Shown: positions 47,219 through 57,026, numbered from the stretch's first letter. The stretch: DNA of 64,000 bases from Myxococcota bacterium (GCA_965223415.1 OZ245002.1:5664001-5728000); one strand, 5' to 3'. Made by a program: numbers and translations. The notes: generated from the sequence alone by a model not told the origin.

Positions 47219-48475
47219 TCAGAGGTCGAAATCGGCCTCTTCGAGGAGCTCGCGGATCCGGTAGAGGAAGCCGTTCGCGGGCGCGCCGTCGACGGCGCGG
47301 TGATCGTAGGAGAGGGCCAGGTGCATCATCGGCCGGATCACGATGGCGTCGGCCCCTTCCATCTCGCGAACCACCGGTCGCTTCACCATCTCGCCCATGC
47401 GCAGGATGCCGACCTGGGGCTGGTTGATGATGGCGAAGCCGTAGAGGTTGCCCTGCCGGCCCGGGTTCGACACGGTGAAGGTGCCGCCCTGGAGATCGTC
47501 CGCCGAGAGCTTCTTCGAGCGGGCGCGGCTCGAGAGGTCCTCGATCTCCGCCGCCAGGCCGGACATCGACAGCCGGTCCGCGTTGCGCACCACCGGCACG
47601 ACCAGGCCCTTCTCGGTCTCCACCGCGATCCCGATGTGGATGTCGCGCTTCTCGACGATGGCGTCCTCGATGACGGACGCGTTCAGGATCGGGAACTCCC
47701 GCAGCGCCCGGACCGCGGCGTGGACGATGAAGGGGAGGAAGGTGAGGTTGAACCCGTGGGCCTCCTTGAAGGCGGCCTTCGAGCGGGCGCGCAGTGCTGC
47801 CACGCCGCCCATGTCGACCTCGGCCACGGTGCCCACGTGGGGGCTCGTGTGCTTCGAGTACACCATGTGCTCGGCCACGATCTTCCGCAGCGGCGACATG
47901 GGGACGACCTTGTCGCCCTCCTGGATCGCGTAGTAGCCGAAGCGCTGCTTGGCGCCCTCCAGGTGGGGAGCGGGCGGCGGCGCCGCGGCGGGCGCCTTGA
48001 TGTGCACGGGCTCCGGCGGGGGCGCCGGCGCGGCCGCGGCGGCCGGCGCGCCGCCGGCGCGCTCCACGTCGGCCCGGGTGATGCGACCGGAGACGCCCGT
48101 GCCCTCGACGCCGGCGAGGTCCACGCCCCGATCGGCGGCGAGCCGCTCGGCCACCGGGGTGGCCCGCACCGCGTCGCCGGAGGCGCCCGCAGGCGCGGCT
48201 GCGGCGGCCGGCGGCGGCGCCGAGGCGCCGGCGGAAGCGTCGGCATCGATGCGGGCGATCTCGGCACCCACCGGAACCGTCTCCCCCTCCGCTGCCAGGA
48301 GCCCGACCACGACGCCGGCTTCCGGCGCGGGGATCTCCGCGTCGACCTTGTCGGTGGTCACCTCGACCAGCGGCTGGTCCCGCTCGACGGCCTCGCCCTC
48401 CTTGACGAGCCACTTGGCGATGGTGGCCTCGACGACGCTCTCTCCGAGCTCGGGCAACACGACGGCAACGGGCAT
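47219..48475 (-). CDS. 2-oxoacid dehydrogenase E2 (dihydrolipoamide acyltransferase, SucB-like)
   Basis: Lipoyl domain PELGESV...TDKVDAEIP, E3-binding domain GTGVSGRIT, catalytic SYDHRAVDG. Confidence 0.93.
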   Translation of the reverse strand: MPVAVVLPELGESVVEATIAKWLVKEGEAVERDQPLVEVTTDKVDAEIPAPEAGVVVGLLAAEGETVPVGAEIARIDADASAGASAPPPAAAAAPAGASGDAVRATPVAERLAADRGVDLAGVEGTGVSGRITRADVERAGGAPAAAAAPAPPPEPVHIKAPAAAPPPAPHLEGAKQRFGYYAIQEGDKVVPMSPLRKIVAEHMVYSKHTSPHVGTVAEVDMGGVAALRARSKAAFKEAHGFNLTFLPFIVHAAVRALREFPILNASVIEDAIVEKRDIHIGIAVETEKGLVVPVVRNADRLSMSGLAAEIEDLSSRARSKKLSADDLQGGTFTVSNPGRQGNLYGFAIINQPQVGILRMGEMVKRPVVREMEGADAIVIRPMMHLALSYDHRAVDGAPANGFLYRIRELLEEADFDL

Positions 48476-48500
48476 GACGGGTCTCCGCGGTCTTTGGGGA

Positions 48501-49895
48501 CTAGAAGTGGATCGCCCGGCCCTCGGCGGCCAACGCCGCCTCGAGCAGCGCTTCCGAGAGGGTCGGATGGGCGTGACTGGTGGAGGCGATCTCGGTCGTG
48601 GTCGCCTCCAGGGTGAGGGCGAGGCCGATCTCGGGCAACAGCTCGGTGGCACCGCGACCGACCAGATGGGCGCCGACGACCTGCCCGTACTCCGGCTCTG
48701 CCACGATCTTCACGAAGCCCGCCGTGTGGGCGGCAGCGATCGCCTTGCCCGAGGCGGTGAAGGGGAACTTGCCCACCTTCGCGTCGCCGTAGCGCTCCCG
48801 AGCCTGGGCCTCGGTGAGCCCGATCCAGGCCACCTGGGGCTGGGCGTAGATGCAGGCGGGGATGCGCCCGTGGTCGAGGCGGGGACGGTCGACGCCGGCC
48901 ACGTACTCCACTGCGGCGATGCCCTCCTCCGTCGCCTTGTGGGCCAGGAGCGCCCCGCCGGCCAGGTCGCCGATGGCGGACACACTGGCGACGGAGCTGC
49001 GCTGGGTGTCGTCCACCCGCACGAAGCCCTTGGCGTCGAGCTGCACGCCGACCTCCTCCAGGCCGAGATCGGCGGAGAGGGGCCGCCGGCCGATGGCGGC
49101 CAACACCCGGTCGCAGGCCAGCTCCTCGCTCTGGCCCTCCTTCGAGACGGTGACGACCACGCCGCTCGCGTCCTGCTTCAGCGCCTCGTAGCGGGTCCCC
49201 AGCCTCACCTCGATGTTCTTGCGCCGGAACTCCCGCTGCAGCGCGGCGGCGACGTCCGGATCGGCGCCCGGCAGCATCTGGTCGGCCATCTCGACGATGG
49301 TCACCTGGGCGCCGTACATGGCGTAGACGTAGGCGAACTCGACGCCCACGGCGCCAGCACCGATCACCACCAGCCGGGACGGCACCTGCCGGCTCTCCAG
49401 GGCCTCGCGGGAGGTCAGCACCCGCTCGCCATCCACGTCGAGGCCGGGGGGCACCCATTCGCTCGAGCCCGTGGCGAGGAGCACCTGGTCCGCCTCCACC
49501 AGCGCCTCGTCGTTGACGCTCACGCTGTTCGGCCCGGCCAGGCGGCCGTAGCCGGGGATGAGCTCGATCTGGTTCTTCTTGAGCAGGCCCTGGACGCCCT
49601 TGCACAGGCGGTCGGCGGTCTTGCGGCTGTGCTCGACGAGCTTGCCGTAGTCGAGGACCAGGCCGGCGGTGGTGATGCCGAAGGTCTCCCCGTGCCGGGT
49701 CAGGTCTTCCACCAGCTCGGCCCCCGAGAGAAGGGCCTTGGTGGGAATGCAGCCCCAGTTGAGGCAGACGCCGCCCACGCGATCCCTTTCGATCACGGCG
49801 ACCTTCATACCCAGCTGGGCCGCACGGATGGCGGCGACGTAGCCCCCGGGCCCCGCGCCCACCACGGCGAGATCGAACCGACCAGCGGCGCTCAA
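48501..49895 (-). CDS. lpdA: Dihydrolipoyl dehydrogenase (E3)
   Basis: GAGPGGYVAA, GGVCLNWGCIP, LLAHKA, HAHPTLSE; TTG start chosen after GAGGAGG (ATG at 49937 is an alternative). Confidence 0.95.
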   Translation of the reverse strand: MSAAGRFDLAVVGAGPGGYVAAIRAAQLGMKVAVIERDRVGGVCLNWGCIPTKALLSGAELVEDLTRHGETFGITTAGLVLDYGKLVEHSRKTADRLCKGVQGLLKKNQIELIPGYGRLAGPNSVSVNDEALVEADQVLLATGSSEWVPPGLDVDGERVLTSREALESRQVPSRLVVIGAGAVGVEFAYVYAMYGAQVTIVEMADQMLPGADPDVAAALQREFRRKNIEVRLGTRYEALKQDASGVVVTVSKEGQSEELACDRVLAAIGRRPLSADLGLEEVGVQLDAKGFVRVDDTQRSSVASVSAIGDLAGGALLAHKATEEGIAAVEYVAGVDRPRLDHGRIPACIYAQPQVAWIGLTEAQARERYGDAKVGKFPFTASGKAIAAAHTAGFVKIVAEPEYGQVVGAHLVGRGATELLPEIGLALTLEATTTEIASTSHAHPTLSEALLEAALAAEGRAIHF

Positions 49896-49963
49896 CGGGC
49901 TCCCCTCCTCGACGTTCCGCTCACCGCCCTCCTCCATCGGCCGCCGATGCGGCCCGCTTGACG

Positions 49964-50539
49964 CTAGGCAAGCCCGGGAAGCTCCGCGATCTCCCGGTGG
50001 CGGCCGCCGGCGGGCACCTTCTCGGCCTGGACCCGGGCCTGGAGCTTGATCAGGCCGTCGAGCACGGCCTCGGGGCGTGGCGGGCAGCCCGGGATGTAGA
50101 CGTCGACCGGAACGATCGTGTCGATGCCCTGGACCGTGGCGTAGTTGTCGTAGGGCCCGCCGGAGCAGGTGCAGGCCCCGAAGGCGATGACCCACTTCGG
50201 CTCGGCCATCTGGTCGTAGACCTTCTTCAGGATCGGGGCCTGCCGGTGGGTGATCGTGCCCACCACCATGAGCAGGTCGCTCTGGCGCGGCGAGAAGCGC
50301 GGAAGCGCGCACCCGAAGCGGTCCATGTCGTAGCGCGGCCCGGCCACGGACATGTACTCCATCCCGCAGCAGGCGGTGACGAAGGGGTAGATGAACATCG
50401 AGTACTTGCGAGCCCAGTTCAGCACCGCGTCGCCGCGGGTCGTCAGGAAGGAGTCGCTTCCCTGGCGGAGCAGCTCGACCATCTGGTCGGCGCGCTCTTG
50501 GGGCGTCGTGCCCGTGATGCGGGGAGGAGTCGGATCCAA
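49964..50539 (-). CDS. nuoB: NADH-quinone oxidoreductase subunit B
   Basis: TACCGME, SPRQSD, FGACTCSGG, YIPGCPPRPE. Confidence 0.95.
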   Translation of the reverse strand: MDPTPPRITGTTPQERADQMVELLRQGSDSFLTTRGDAVLNWARKYSMFIYPFVTACCGMEYMSVAGPRYDMDRFGCALPRFSPRQSDLLMVVGTITHRQAPILKKVYDQMAEPKWVIAFGACTCSGGPYDNYATVQGIDTIVPVDVYIPGCPPRPEAVLDGLIKLQARVQAEKVPAGGRHREIAELPGLA

Positions 50540-50613
50540 CGCCAGTCTCCCTGAGGCAGGCCAGGATAGCCGCTAGACTCGGCCTCGCTCGGAGCGGTGG
50601 GGGGTGGCCAACC

Positions 50614-51330
50614 ATGGCGGAGGCGCAGGCGCGGAAGGGGTCGCTGGCGCTGGCCTGGGCGGTCCACGCGCTGACCGCGAGCGGCGCGGTGGTGGCGCTG
50701 GTCGCGACCCTCGCGGCGGCCCGCGGCGACCTCCCGGCCGCCGCCTTGTGGATGCTGGTTGCCCTGGCGATCGACTCGGTGGACGGCACCCTCGCCCGGG
50801 CAGCGCGGGTCGCGGAGCTCCTGCCCGGCTTCGACGGCCGGCGCCTCGACGACCTGGTCGACTACCTGAACTACGTGATCGTCCCGGCGCTCTTCCTGGT
50901 GTTCGCCGGCTGCGTGCCGCACTGGGGCTGGGTCGCCCTGCCCGTCCTGGCCAGCGCCTACGGCTTCTCTCAGAGCGACGCCAAGACCGAGGACCACTTC
51001 TTCCTGGGCTTCCCGTCCTACTGGAACGTGGTCGCCATCTACGCCTGGGCCCTCGGGCTCACGCCCTGGGTCACGGTGGCGTGGCTGGTCGGGCTCACCA
51101 TCGCCGTCTTCGTGCCGCTCAAGTACCTCTACCCGAGCCGCATGGCCTTCCTCTTCTACACGACGAACGCCGGCGCGGCACTGTGGACCGCCGTCGTCGC
51201 CGCGGCCATCGCCTGGCCGGAGCGGCTCGGGCACCTGCACCTGATCGAGCTTTCGCTCCTCTATCCGGCCTACTACGTGGCCGTATCGATCTGGCTCGGA
51301 GGATTGCAGCGAAGGCAGGGCAGCCACTAG
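50614..51330 (+). CDS. pcs: Phosphatidylcholine synthase-like CDP-alcohol phosphotransferase
   Basis: Exact DG-x2-AR-x8-P-x3-G-x3-D-x3-D motif (DGTLARAARVAELLPGFDGRRLDDLVD); FLGFPSYWN. Confidence 0.8.
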   Translation: MAEAQARKGSLALAWAVHALTASGAVVALVATLAAARGDLPAAALWMLVALAIDSVDGTLARAARVAELLPGFDGRRLDDLVDYLNYVIVPALFLVFAGCVPHWGWVALPVLASAYGFSQSDAKTEDHFFLGFPSYWNVVAIYAWALGLTPWVTVAWLVGLTIAVFVPLKYLYPSRMAFLFYTTNAGAALWTAVVAAAIAWPERLGHLHLIELSLLYPAYYVAVSIWLGGLQRRQGSH

Positions 51331-53894
51331 CGCCCCCGATCGAAGCTCCCGAAGCGCCAGACCAGCTCGACGCCGTAGGTGCGGCCCTCGCCGAAGCCCT
51401 GCACGATCCAGGGGAGCTGGCCCCCGGTGTTGGTCTGGAAGTCGATGCCGAACGGCTTGTACTTGCGGTCGAGGAGGTTGCGGCCCCAGAGCGCCAGCTC
51501 GACGCCGCCGAGGCCACCGACGCGGAAGTCGTGGATCGCAAGGCGGCCGTTCAGCAGGCCGTACTCGTTCTGGCTGGCCAGCGGCTCGTCGCAGTTCTGC
51601 AGACAGGTGTCGTCCTGCCAGTAGTAGTCGACGCGTCCGATCACGTCGCCCCAGGCGAACTCGCCCAGGAGGTACTGGATGCCGACGTTGAACTGGTGCT
51701 GGGGCACGTTCGCCAGGTCGCGCTCGCCGGCGAAGTTGCGCTCCCGGCCCTGGACCGCGTCGAACTCGAGGAACTCGATGAACTTCCCGATCGAGAGGCC
51801 GTAGCCCAGGTTGAGCGTCAGCCGCTCCGTCGGCTGGGCGAGCACCTCGAGCTCGGCGCCCCAGATCTGCGCCTGGCCGGCGTTCAGGACTGCGGAGGCG
51901 ATCACGCCGCTCGGATCGACTCGCAGCACGGTGCGCTGCATGTCGTCGTACTCCTGGAAGAAGCCGGCGGCGTTCACCCGGAGGCGGTTTTCGAAGGCGT
52001 CGAGCTTGAAGCCAGCCTCCCAGGAATCGACCGTCTCCTCCTCGAAGTTCTCCTCGAGCAGCTGCTCGGTGCCGGCGCGCACGTTGAAGCCACCGCTGTT
52101 GAAGCCGCGGGCCCAGGAGAAGTACGTCATGAAGTCGTCGGTCCAGCGGTAGGAGACCTTTGCGCTCGGCGTCCATGCGCTGAAGCCGTCGGTGTCGCCG
52201 ATCTTGCCGAGGCCCGGACAGCCGGGAACGTTGCCGTTGTACGTCCCCGCCGGGCAGCCGGTGAACGGGTTGCCGATGTGGACGTTCGGGAACGCGAACC
52301 CGGGCTGCACGCCGGGGATCGTGGCGAAGATCTCGGTCTGGGCCTTGCGGTGCTCCTTCGTGTAGCGGATGCCGAACTCGAGCTTGAGCCGGTCCTCGAG
52401 GATCGGCGGCGTGTATCCGAAGTGGCCGTAGAAGGCGATCGCCTGGTTGTCGACCTTCGGCAGCTGGAGCTGGGTCTGACCGATGTCCCCGAACAGGTTG
52501 AGCGTCACCGGGAAGAAGATGCCGGGGGCCACCTGGATCAGCTGGGTGACAGGCCCGAACCCGACGCTGTCGAACTGCGGGTCTTCGAAGACCTCCTGGG
52601 TCTGCCGCGAGCGCCCGTCCTCCTCGAAGTAGAAGGCGCCGAGCACGTACTCGAAGCGGCCCTCCATCGTGGTGCCGATCAGGTTCAGGTCCTGGCTGAA
52701 CTGATCCTTCCGGTCGTGGCTGCGGTTGAAGAAGATGTCGAAGGGCGTGCCGTCCCGGTCGGAGCTCTGGGACGAGCGGACGTCGCGGTAGCCGGTCACC
52801 GAGCGGATCAGGGCGTCGCCCAGGATCGGCAGCTCGCCCAGGTCCCAGTTCATGACCAGGCTGTGCCCCTCGACGTCGAGGCGGTCGTCGTTCGAGCCGT
52901 CGGTGCCCCGTGTCGAGTCACCCAGGGTGTCGATGTTCAGGTGGGTGGGCCTGGAGTACGTCGTGAACGGCCGAATATCGACGCCGAAGGCGCCGCCCGA
53001 AGCCGCGAAGGCCTGGCCGTTGACCAGCGCCCCCGCCGGATCATCGAACACGTGGGTGAGCGCCTGCTCGAGGCTCGACTCGCGGATGCGGTGCCGGTCC
53101 CACGCGTAGTCGATCACCAGGGGACCAAGGTCCCAGCGCAGCGCCACACGGCCTGCCAGTCGGCCGTTCTCGTCGGTGTCGCGGCCGAAGTGGTTGTCGT
53201 ACCAGGCATCCCGGTTGAGGGTGGCGAGGCTCGCCATGCCGCTGAGCGTGCCGAGGCAATCGCACACGCCGAGGCCTTCGCCCCCCCAGATCGGGAAGTC
53301 GAAGGTCGTGCGCACGTCCCAGCGGCCGCGGTTGCCGAGGCGGCTCGTCATCTGGATGCCCCACTGGCCCGAAGGCTTGCGGGTGATGAAGTTGATCGCG
53401 CCGCCGGTGGTGTTGCGCCCCCAGAGCGTGCCCTGGGGCCCGCGCAGGACCTCGATCCGCTCGAGATCGAGCACGTCGAGAAGGCTGCCCACGGTGATGC
53501 CGTTGTAGACCCCGTCCACGTAGATGCCTGTGGCGTGGTCGGCGCCGATCTGCCCGGTGTCGGCCCGGGCGATGCCACGGGAGTTGATGAAGAAGCCGGT
53601 GCCCCGGGCGTCGCGCTGGATGTTGAGATTGGGCGTGAAGCTGGTGAGATCCACGGCGTTCGAGATGCCCAGCTCGGTGATGTCCTCGGCGCTGAAGGCG
53701 GTCACCGAGACCGCGACGTCCTGGAGATTGGCCTCGCGCTTCTGGACCGTGACCACCATCTCTTCGATAGGGGCCTCGGCCTCCCTTGCGCTCTGGCTCG
53801 GCTCCTCGACCGCGCCCGTGTCCTGGCTCACCGCCGGGCCCGCGAGCCCCAGCGCCAATGTCAGTCCCATCCAGAAGAATCGGTACCGGCTCAT
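51327..53894 (-). CDS. TonB-dependent receptor
   Basis: Signal peptide; IEEMVVTVQKRE TonB box; ERIEVLRGPQGTLWGRNTTGGAIN plug motif; GRTYGVELVWRF. Confidence 0.95.
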   Translation of the reverse strand: MSRYRFFWMGLTLALGLAGPAVSQDTGAVEEPSQSAREAEAPIEEMVVTVQKREANLQDVAVSVTAFSAEDITELGISNAVDLTSFTPNLNIQRDARGTGFFINSRGIARADTGQIGADHATGIYVDGVYNGITVGSLLDVLDLERIEVLRGPQGTLWGRNTTGGAINFITRKPSGQWGIQMTSRLGNRGRWDVRTTFDFPIWGGEGLGVCDCLGTLSGMASLATLNRDAWYDNHFGRDTDENGRLAGRVALRWDLGPLVIDYAWDRHRIRESSLEQALTHVFDDPAGALVNGQAFAASGGAFGVDIRPFTTYSRPTHLNIDTLGDSTRGTDGSNDDRLDVEGHSLVMNWDLGELPILGDALIRSVTGYRDVRSSQSSDRDGTPFDIFFNRSHDRKDQFSQDLNLIGTTMEGRFEYVLGAFYFEEDGRSRQTQEVFEDPQFDSVGFGPVTQLIQVAPGIFFPVTLNLFGDIGQTQLQLPKVDNQAIAFYGHFGYTPPILEDRLKLEFGIRYTKEHRKAQTEIFATIPGVQPGFAFPNVHIGNPFTGCPAGTYNGNVPGCPGLGKIGDTDGFSAWTPSAKVSYRWTDDFMTYFSWARGFNSGGFNVRAGTEQLLEENFEEETVDSWEAGFKLDAFENRLRVNAAGFFQEYDDMQRTVLRVDPSGVIASAVLNAGQAQIWGAELEVLAQPTERLTLNLGYGLSIGKFIEFLEFDAVQGRERNFAGERDLANVPQHQFNVGIQYLLGEFAWGDVIGRVDYYWQDDTCLQNCDEPLASQNEYGLLNGRLAIHDFRVGGLGGVELALWGRNLLDRKYKPFGIDFQTNTGGQLPWIVQGFGEGRTYGVELVWRFGSFDRGR

Positions 53895-54038
53895 CTGCGC
53901 TGGCCCTCCGTGCGCAATTCACGAACGGTGCGCAGTGAACAGCACGGCGGGGATTCCCGCAACGACCGAGAATCGGTCTGAGGGGTTTTCGCCTCGGCAC
54001 AACGCGAATCCCGGTGTGGGCGGCTACCTTTCGCCGTA

Positions 54039-55085
54039 ATGTCGCCTCCGGCCAGGCCCACCGGCGTCCTCCTGATCCAGCTCGGCACGCCCGAGGCGCC
54101 CCGCACCGCCGAGGTGCGGCGCTACCTGCGCGAGTTCCTGGGCGACCCGCGGGTGCTGGACATGCCCGCCCTCGGGCGCGCCCTGCTCCTGTACGGCGCC
54201 ATCCTTCCCTTCCGCTCGCCGCGCTCGGCCCGCGCCTACAGGCAGATCTGGGGCGAGGCGGGCTCGCCGCTCCTGGTGCACAGCCGCACCCTGGCGGAAG
54301 GCGTGGCGAAGCAGCTCGGCCCTGGCTTCCGGGTCGAGCTGGGCATGCGCTACCGGGAGCCCTCCCTCACCGGTGCGGTGGAGCGGCTCGCCGCGGCCGA
54401 GACGGAGCGCATCGTCGTGCTCCCGCTCTTCCCCCACGAGGCGGGCTCGTCCTCGGGCTCGGCGCTCCAGCGTGCCCTCGAGCTGCTGGGCGCGCGCTGG
54501 GACCCCCCGACCGTGACGACCCTCGGGCCCTTCTACGACGACCCGGGCTTCATCGAAGCGATCGCCGACGTGGCGCGTCCCCGGCTCGCCGCCTTCGACC
54601 CGGACCATGTGCTGCTGAGCTACCACGGCCTGCCCGAGCGCCAGGTGCGTCGCAGTGACGCCAGCGGAAGCCACTGCCTCGCGAAGGAAGGCTGCTGCGA
54701 CGGAATCGCCGACGCCAATCGCCACTGCTACCGGGCCCAGTGCTTCGCGACCAGCCGCGCCCTGGTCGCCGCCCTCTCGCTCGGCGAGGGGCAGGTCTCG
54801 ACCAGCTTCCAGTCCAGGCTGGGGCGGACGCCCTGGATTCGCCCGTTCACCGACGAGCGCCTGCCCGAGCTCGCGGCCCAGGGCGTGCGGCGCCTGGCGG
54901 TGCTGTGCCCCTCCTTCGTTGCCGACTGCCTCGAGACCCTCGAAGAGATCGGCATCCGCGGCCGCGACCAGTGGACGGAGCTCGGCGGCGAGGCTCTCGA
55001 ACTCGTGCCCTGCGTGAACGCCAGCCCGGCCTGGGTGGGCTGGGTCGCGGACCGGGTTCGAGCCGCCGCTCAACCGGGGCTGTAG
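54039..55085 (+). CDS. hemH: Ferrochelatase with a CX5CCX9C [2Fe-2S]-type insert
   Basis: GVLLIQLGTP, LSYHGLP, FQSRLG..PW, FVADCLETLEEI; CLAKEGCCDGIADANRHC. Confidence 0.95.
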   Translation: MSPPARPTGVLLIQLGTPEAPRTAEVRRYLREFLGDPRVLDMPALGRALLLYGAILPFRSPRSARAYRQIWGEAGSPLLVHSRTLAEGVAKQLGPGFRVELGMRYREPSLTGAVERLAAAETERIVVLPLFPHEAGSSSGSALQRALELLGARWDPPTVTTLGPFYDDPGFIEAIADVARPRLAAFDPDHVLLSYHGLPERQVRRSDASGSHCLAKEGCCDGIADANRHCYRAQCFATSRALVAALSLGEGQVSTSFQSRLGRTPWIRPFTDERLPELAAQGVRRLAVLCPSFVADCLETLEEIGIRGRDQWTELGGEALELVPCVNASPAWVGWVADRVRAAAQPGL

Positions 55086-55846
55086 CCGACCCCGCCGTCG
55101 ATCTTGATGACCGCGCCGGTCGTGTAGCTCGAAGCCTCGCTCGCCAGGTAGAGGGCCGCGCCGACGATCTCCTCGGGCTCGCCACCGCGGCCCAGGGGAA
55201 TCGTGCTGGCCGCGGCCTTCCTGAATCCCTCCATGTCCCACGCCTTGCTGATGTCCGTGAGGAAGGGCCCCGGCATGATGCAGTTCACCCGGACCTTGGG
55301 GCCGAAGCTGCGCGCCATGCCGGTGGTGAGCGCGTGCAGCCCGGCTTTCGCGGCGCCGTAGGGAACCTCGACGGGGGAAGGCTGCTTGGCGGCCACACTG
55401 CTCACCATGATGATCGAGCCACCCTCGCCCTCGGCCATCCGGGTACCGATCCGCGCCGAGAGGCGGAACGGCCCCTTCAGGTTCACGCCCAGGACCTTGT
55501 CCCAGAGGTCCTCGGACACCTCGTCGAGCGACGGGTAGAGGGGCGACATGCCGGCGTTGTTCACCAGCACGTCGATGCGCCCGAAGGCGTCGAGGGCGGC
55601 GTCGACGAGCAGTTCGCACTGGTCCCAGTGCCCGACGTGGCAAGCGGCGGCCAGGGCGCGGCGTCCGGTCTCCGCCTCGACCTGCTTCGCCAGGGCCGCG
55701 CAGGCCTCCTGCTTGCGGCTCGAGATCACCACGTCCGCGCCTTGGCGGGCAAAGGCGAGCACCATCTCCTTGCCGAGGCCCCGGCTTCCGCCGGTGACCA
55801 GGGCGACCTTTCCCGTCAGGTCGAACAGCGCGTTGGCGTCGGTCAT
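55070..55846 (-). CDS. Short-chain dehydrogenase/reductase (SDR)
   Basis: TGGSRGLG, NNAG, YGAAK, VRVNCI.PG. Confidence 0.94.
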   Translation of the reverse strand: MTDANALFDLTGKVALVTGGSRGLGKEMVLAFARQGADVVISSRKQEACAALAKQVEAETGRRALAAACHVGHWDQCELLVDAALDAFGRIDVLVNNAGMSPLYPSLDEVSEDLWDKVLGVNLKGPFRLSARIGTRMAEGEGGSIIMVSSVAAKQPSPVEVPYGAAKAGLHALTTGMARSFGPKVRVNCIMPGPFLTDISKAWDMEGFRKAAASTIPLGRGGEPEEIVGAALYLASEASSYTTGAVIKIDGGVGYSPG

Positions 55847-56745
55847 CGGCGGCTCCTTTCCGTGCCTCGAGGGGGCTCGTTCTCGACTCGCGTCCACCAG
55901 TAGTGGGCGTCGAAATCCTCGTCGCCGAGGAGCTGACGCCAGAAGCGGATGCGGTTCATGAACTCGAGCCGGCCCGTGTCCATCTCGAACCAGGCCTCGG
56001 GCCGGGTGAGGCTCGTCTGGACGTGCTCCGGATCCGGCGGCTGGGTGCCGTCGAAGATCGGCTGGGGCGCCGCCATCTCCGGCCTGAGATCGGCCGTGTT
56101 CCACAGCCGCACCTGGGGAACCGTCGGCCCGAGCCGGATCTTGAACATGAAGCGGGTGTCGTCGCTGCGGTTCACCTCGCCTCCGTGCCAGATGCCGTGG
56201 TGCATCGCGATCACAGTGCCCGCCGGGCACACCACCTTCTTCTGGCCGCGCATGTTCTGGTAGCGCCCCACCGCCGCTTCGCTCACGATGCGCAGGTGGG
56301 TGCCCGGCACGAAGCGGGTGCCGCCCATCTCCGGGGTCACCTCCTGGGGGAAGTAGAAGAGCTGGAGATCGAAGGCGCGGCGCGGATCGATCGTCGAGTC
56401 CTGGTGGAGGTGCTGGGCTCGCGGGCGGAAGCCCACGGCCTCGAGGTCCGCCGCCGGCGGGTTGAAGTGGGCGCCGTGGTGGTCGAAGACGGGATCCGGC
56501 CCGACCAGGCTGGTGATGATCCCCTGCACCCGCGGCAGGTCGAGGATCTCGCGCACGACACTTCCCGCATAGCATTCGCCAAGGGGCGTGCCGGCGGGGT
56601 TGCCGTGGATCCCCTGGGTGGCCCGGGCCTCTTCGAGGAAGCGCCGGTTCAGGGGCTCGGGCACCAGGGCGTCGAAGCGCAGGAAGCCTCGGGCGGCGAA
56701 GCGGGCCATCTCCGGGGTGGTGAGGCGCAGGTCCGGCTCGGTCAC
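55843..56745 (-). CDS. Phytanoyl-CoA dioxygenase (PhyH)-family Fe(II)/2OG oxygenase
   Basis: HxD (LHQD), GGTRFVPGTH, distal His (IWHGG) and Arg; GTG overlaps the upstream TGA. Confidence 0.85.
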   Translation of the reverse strand: MTEPDLRLTTPEMARFAARGFLRFDALVPEPLNRRFLEEARATQGIHGNPAGTPLGECYAGSVVREILDLPRVQGIITSLVGPDPVFDHHGAHFNPPAADLEAVGFRPRAQHLHQDSTIDPRRAFDLQLFYFPQEVTPEMGGTRFVPGTHLRIVSEAAVGRYQNMRGQKKVVCPAGTVIAMHHGIWHGGEVNRSDDTRFMFKIRLGPTVPQVRLWNTADLRPEMAAPQPIFDGTQPPDPEHVQTSLTRPEAWFEMDTGRLEFMNRIRFWRQLLGDEDFDAHYWWTRVENEPPRGTERSRR

Positions 56746-57026
56746 GGGCCTTCCTCCATCTCGACCCATTGCTCGAAGGCGAACTCGTACTTGAGGTAGG
56801 AGGTGCGGAACTCGGCGCCCTCGGCGTGGGGTGCGAGCTGGGAGAGCTGGAAGAGCCGCCAGCCGTCGCGCAGGGCGTCGACGCCGGTGGCGTAGGGCGG
56901 CTCGTCCTGGTCGCCGGACATGGGCTCGGCCTCTCCGGTTCCGTCGTAGCGCGACCAGGCGATCACGGGCGAGTCGAGTGCCGAGTCCGCCAGGTAGAGG
57001 ATCAGGAGCTTCTGTCGCTTCGCCAT
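56742..57026 (-). CDS. Small hypothetical protein coupled to the PhyH gene
   Basis: 94 aa (PPYATGVDALRDGWRL...LKYEF); abuts the hemY stop and overlaps the PhyH start. Confidence 0.75.
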   Translation of the reverse strand: MAKRQKLLILYLADSALDSPVIAWSRYDGTGEAEPMSGDQDEPPYATGVDALRDGWRLFQLSQLAPHAEGAEFRTSYLKYEFAFEQWVEMEEGP

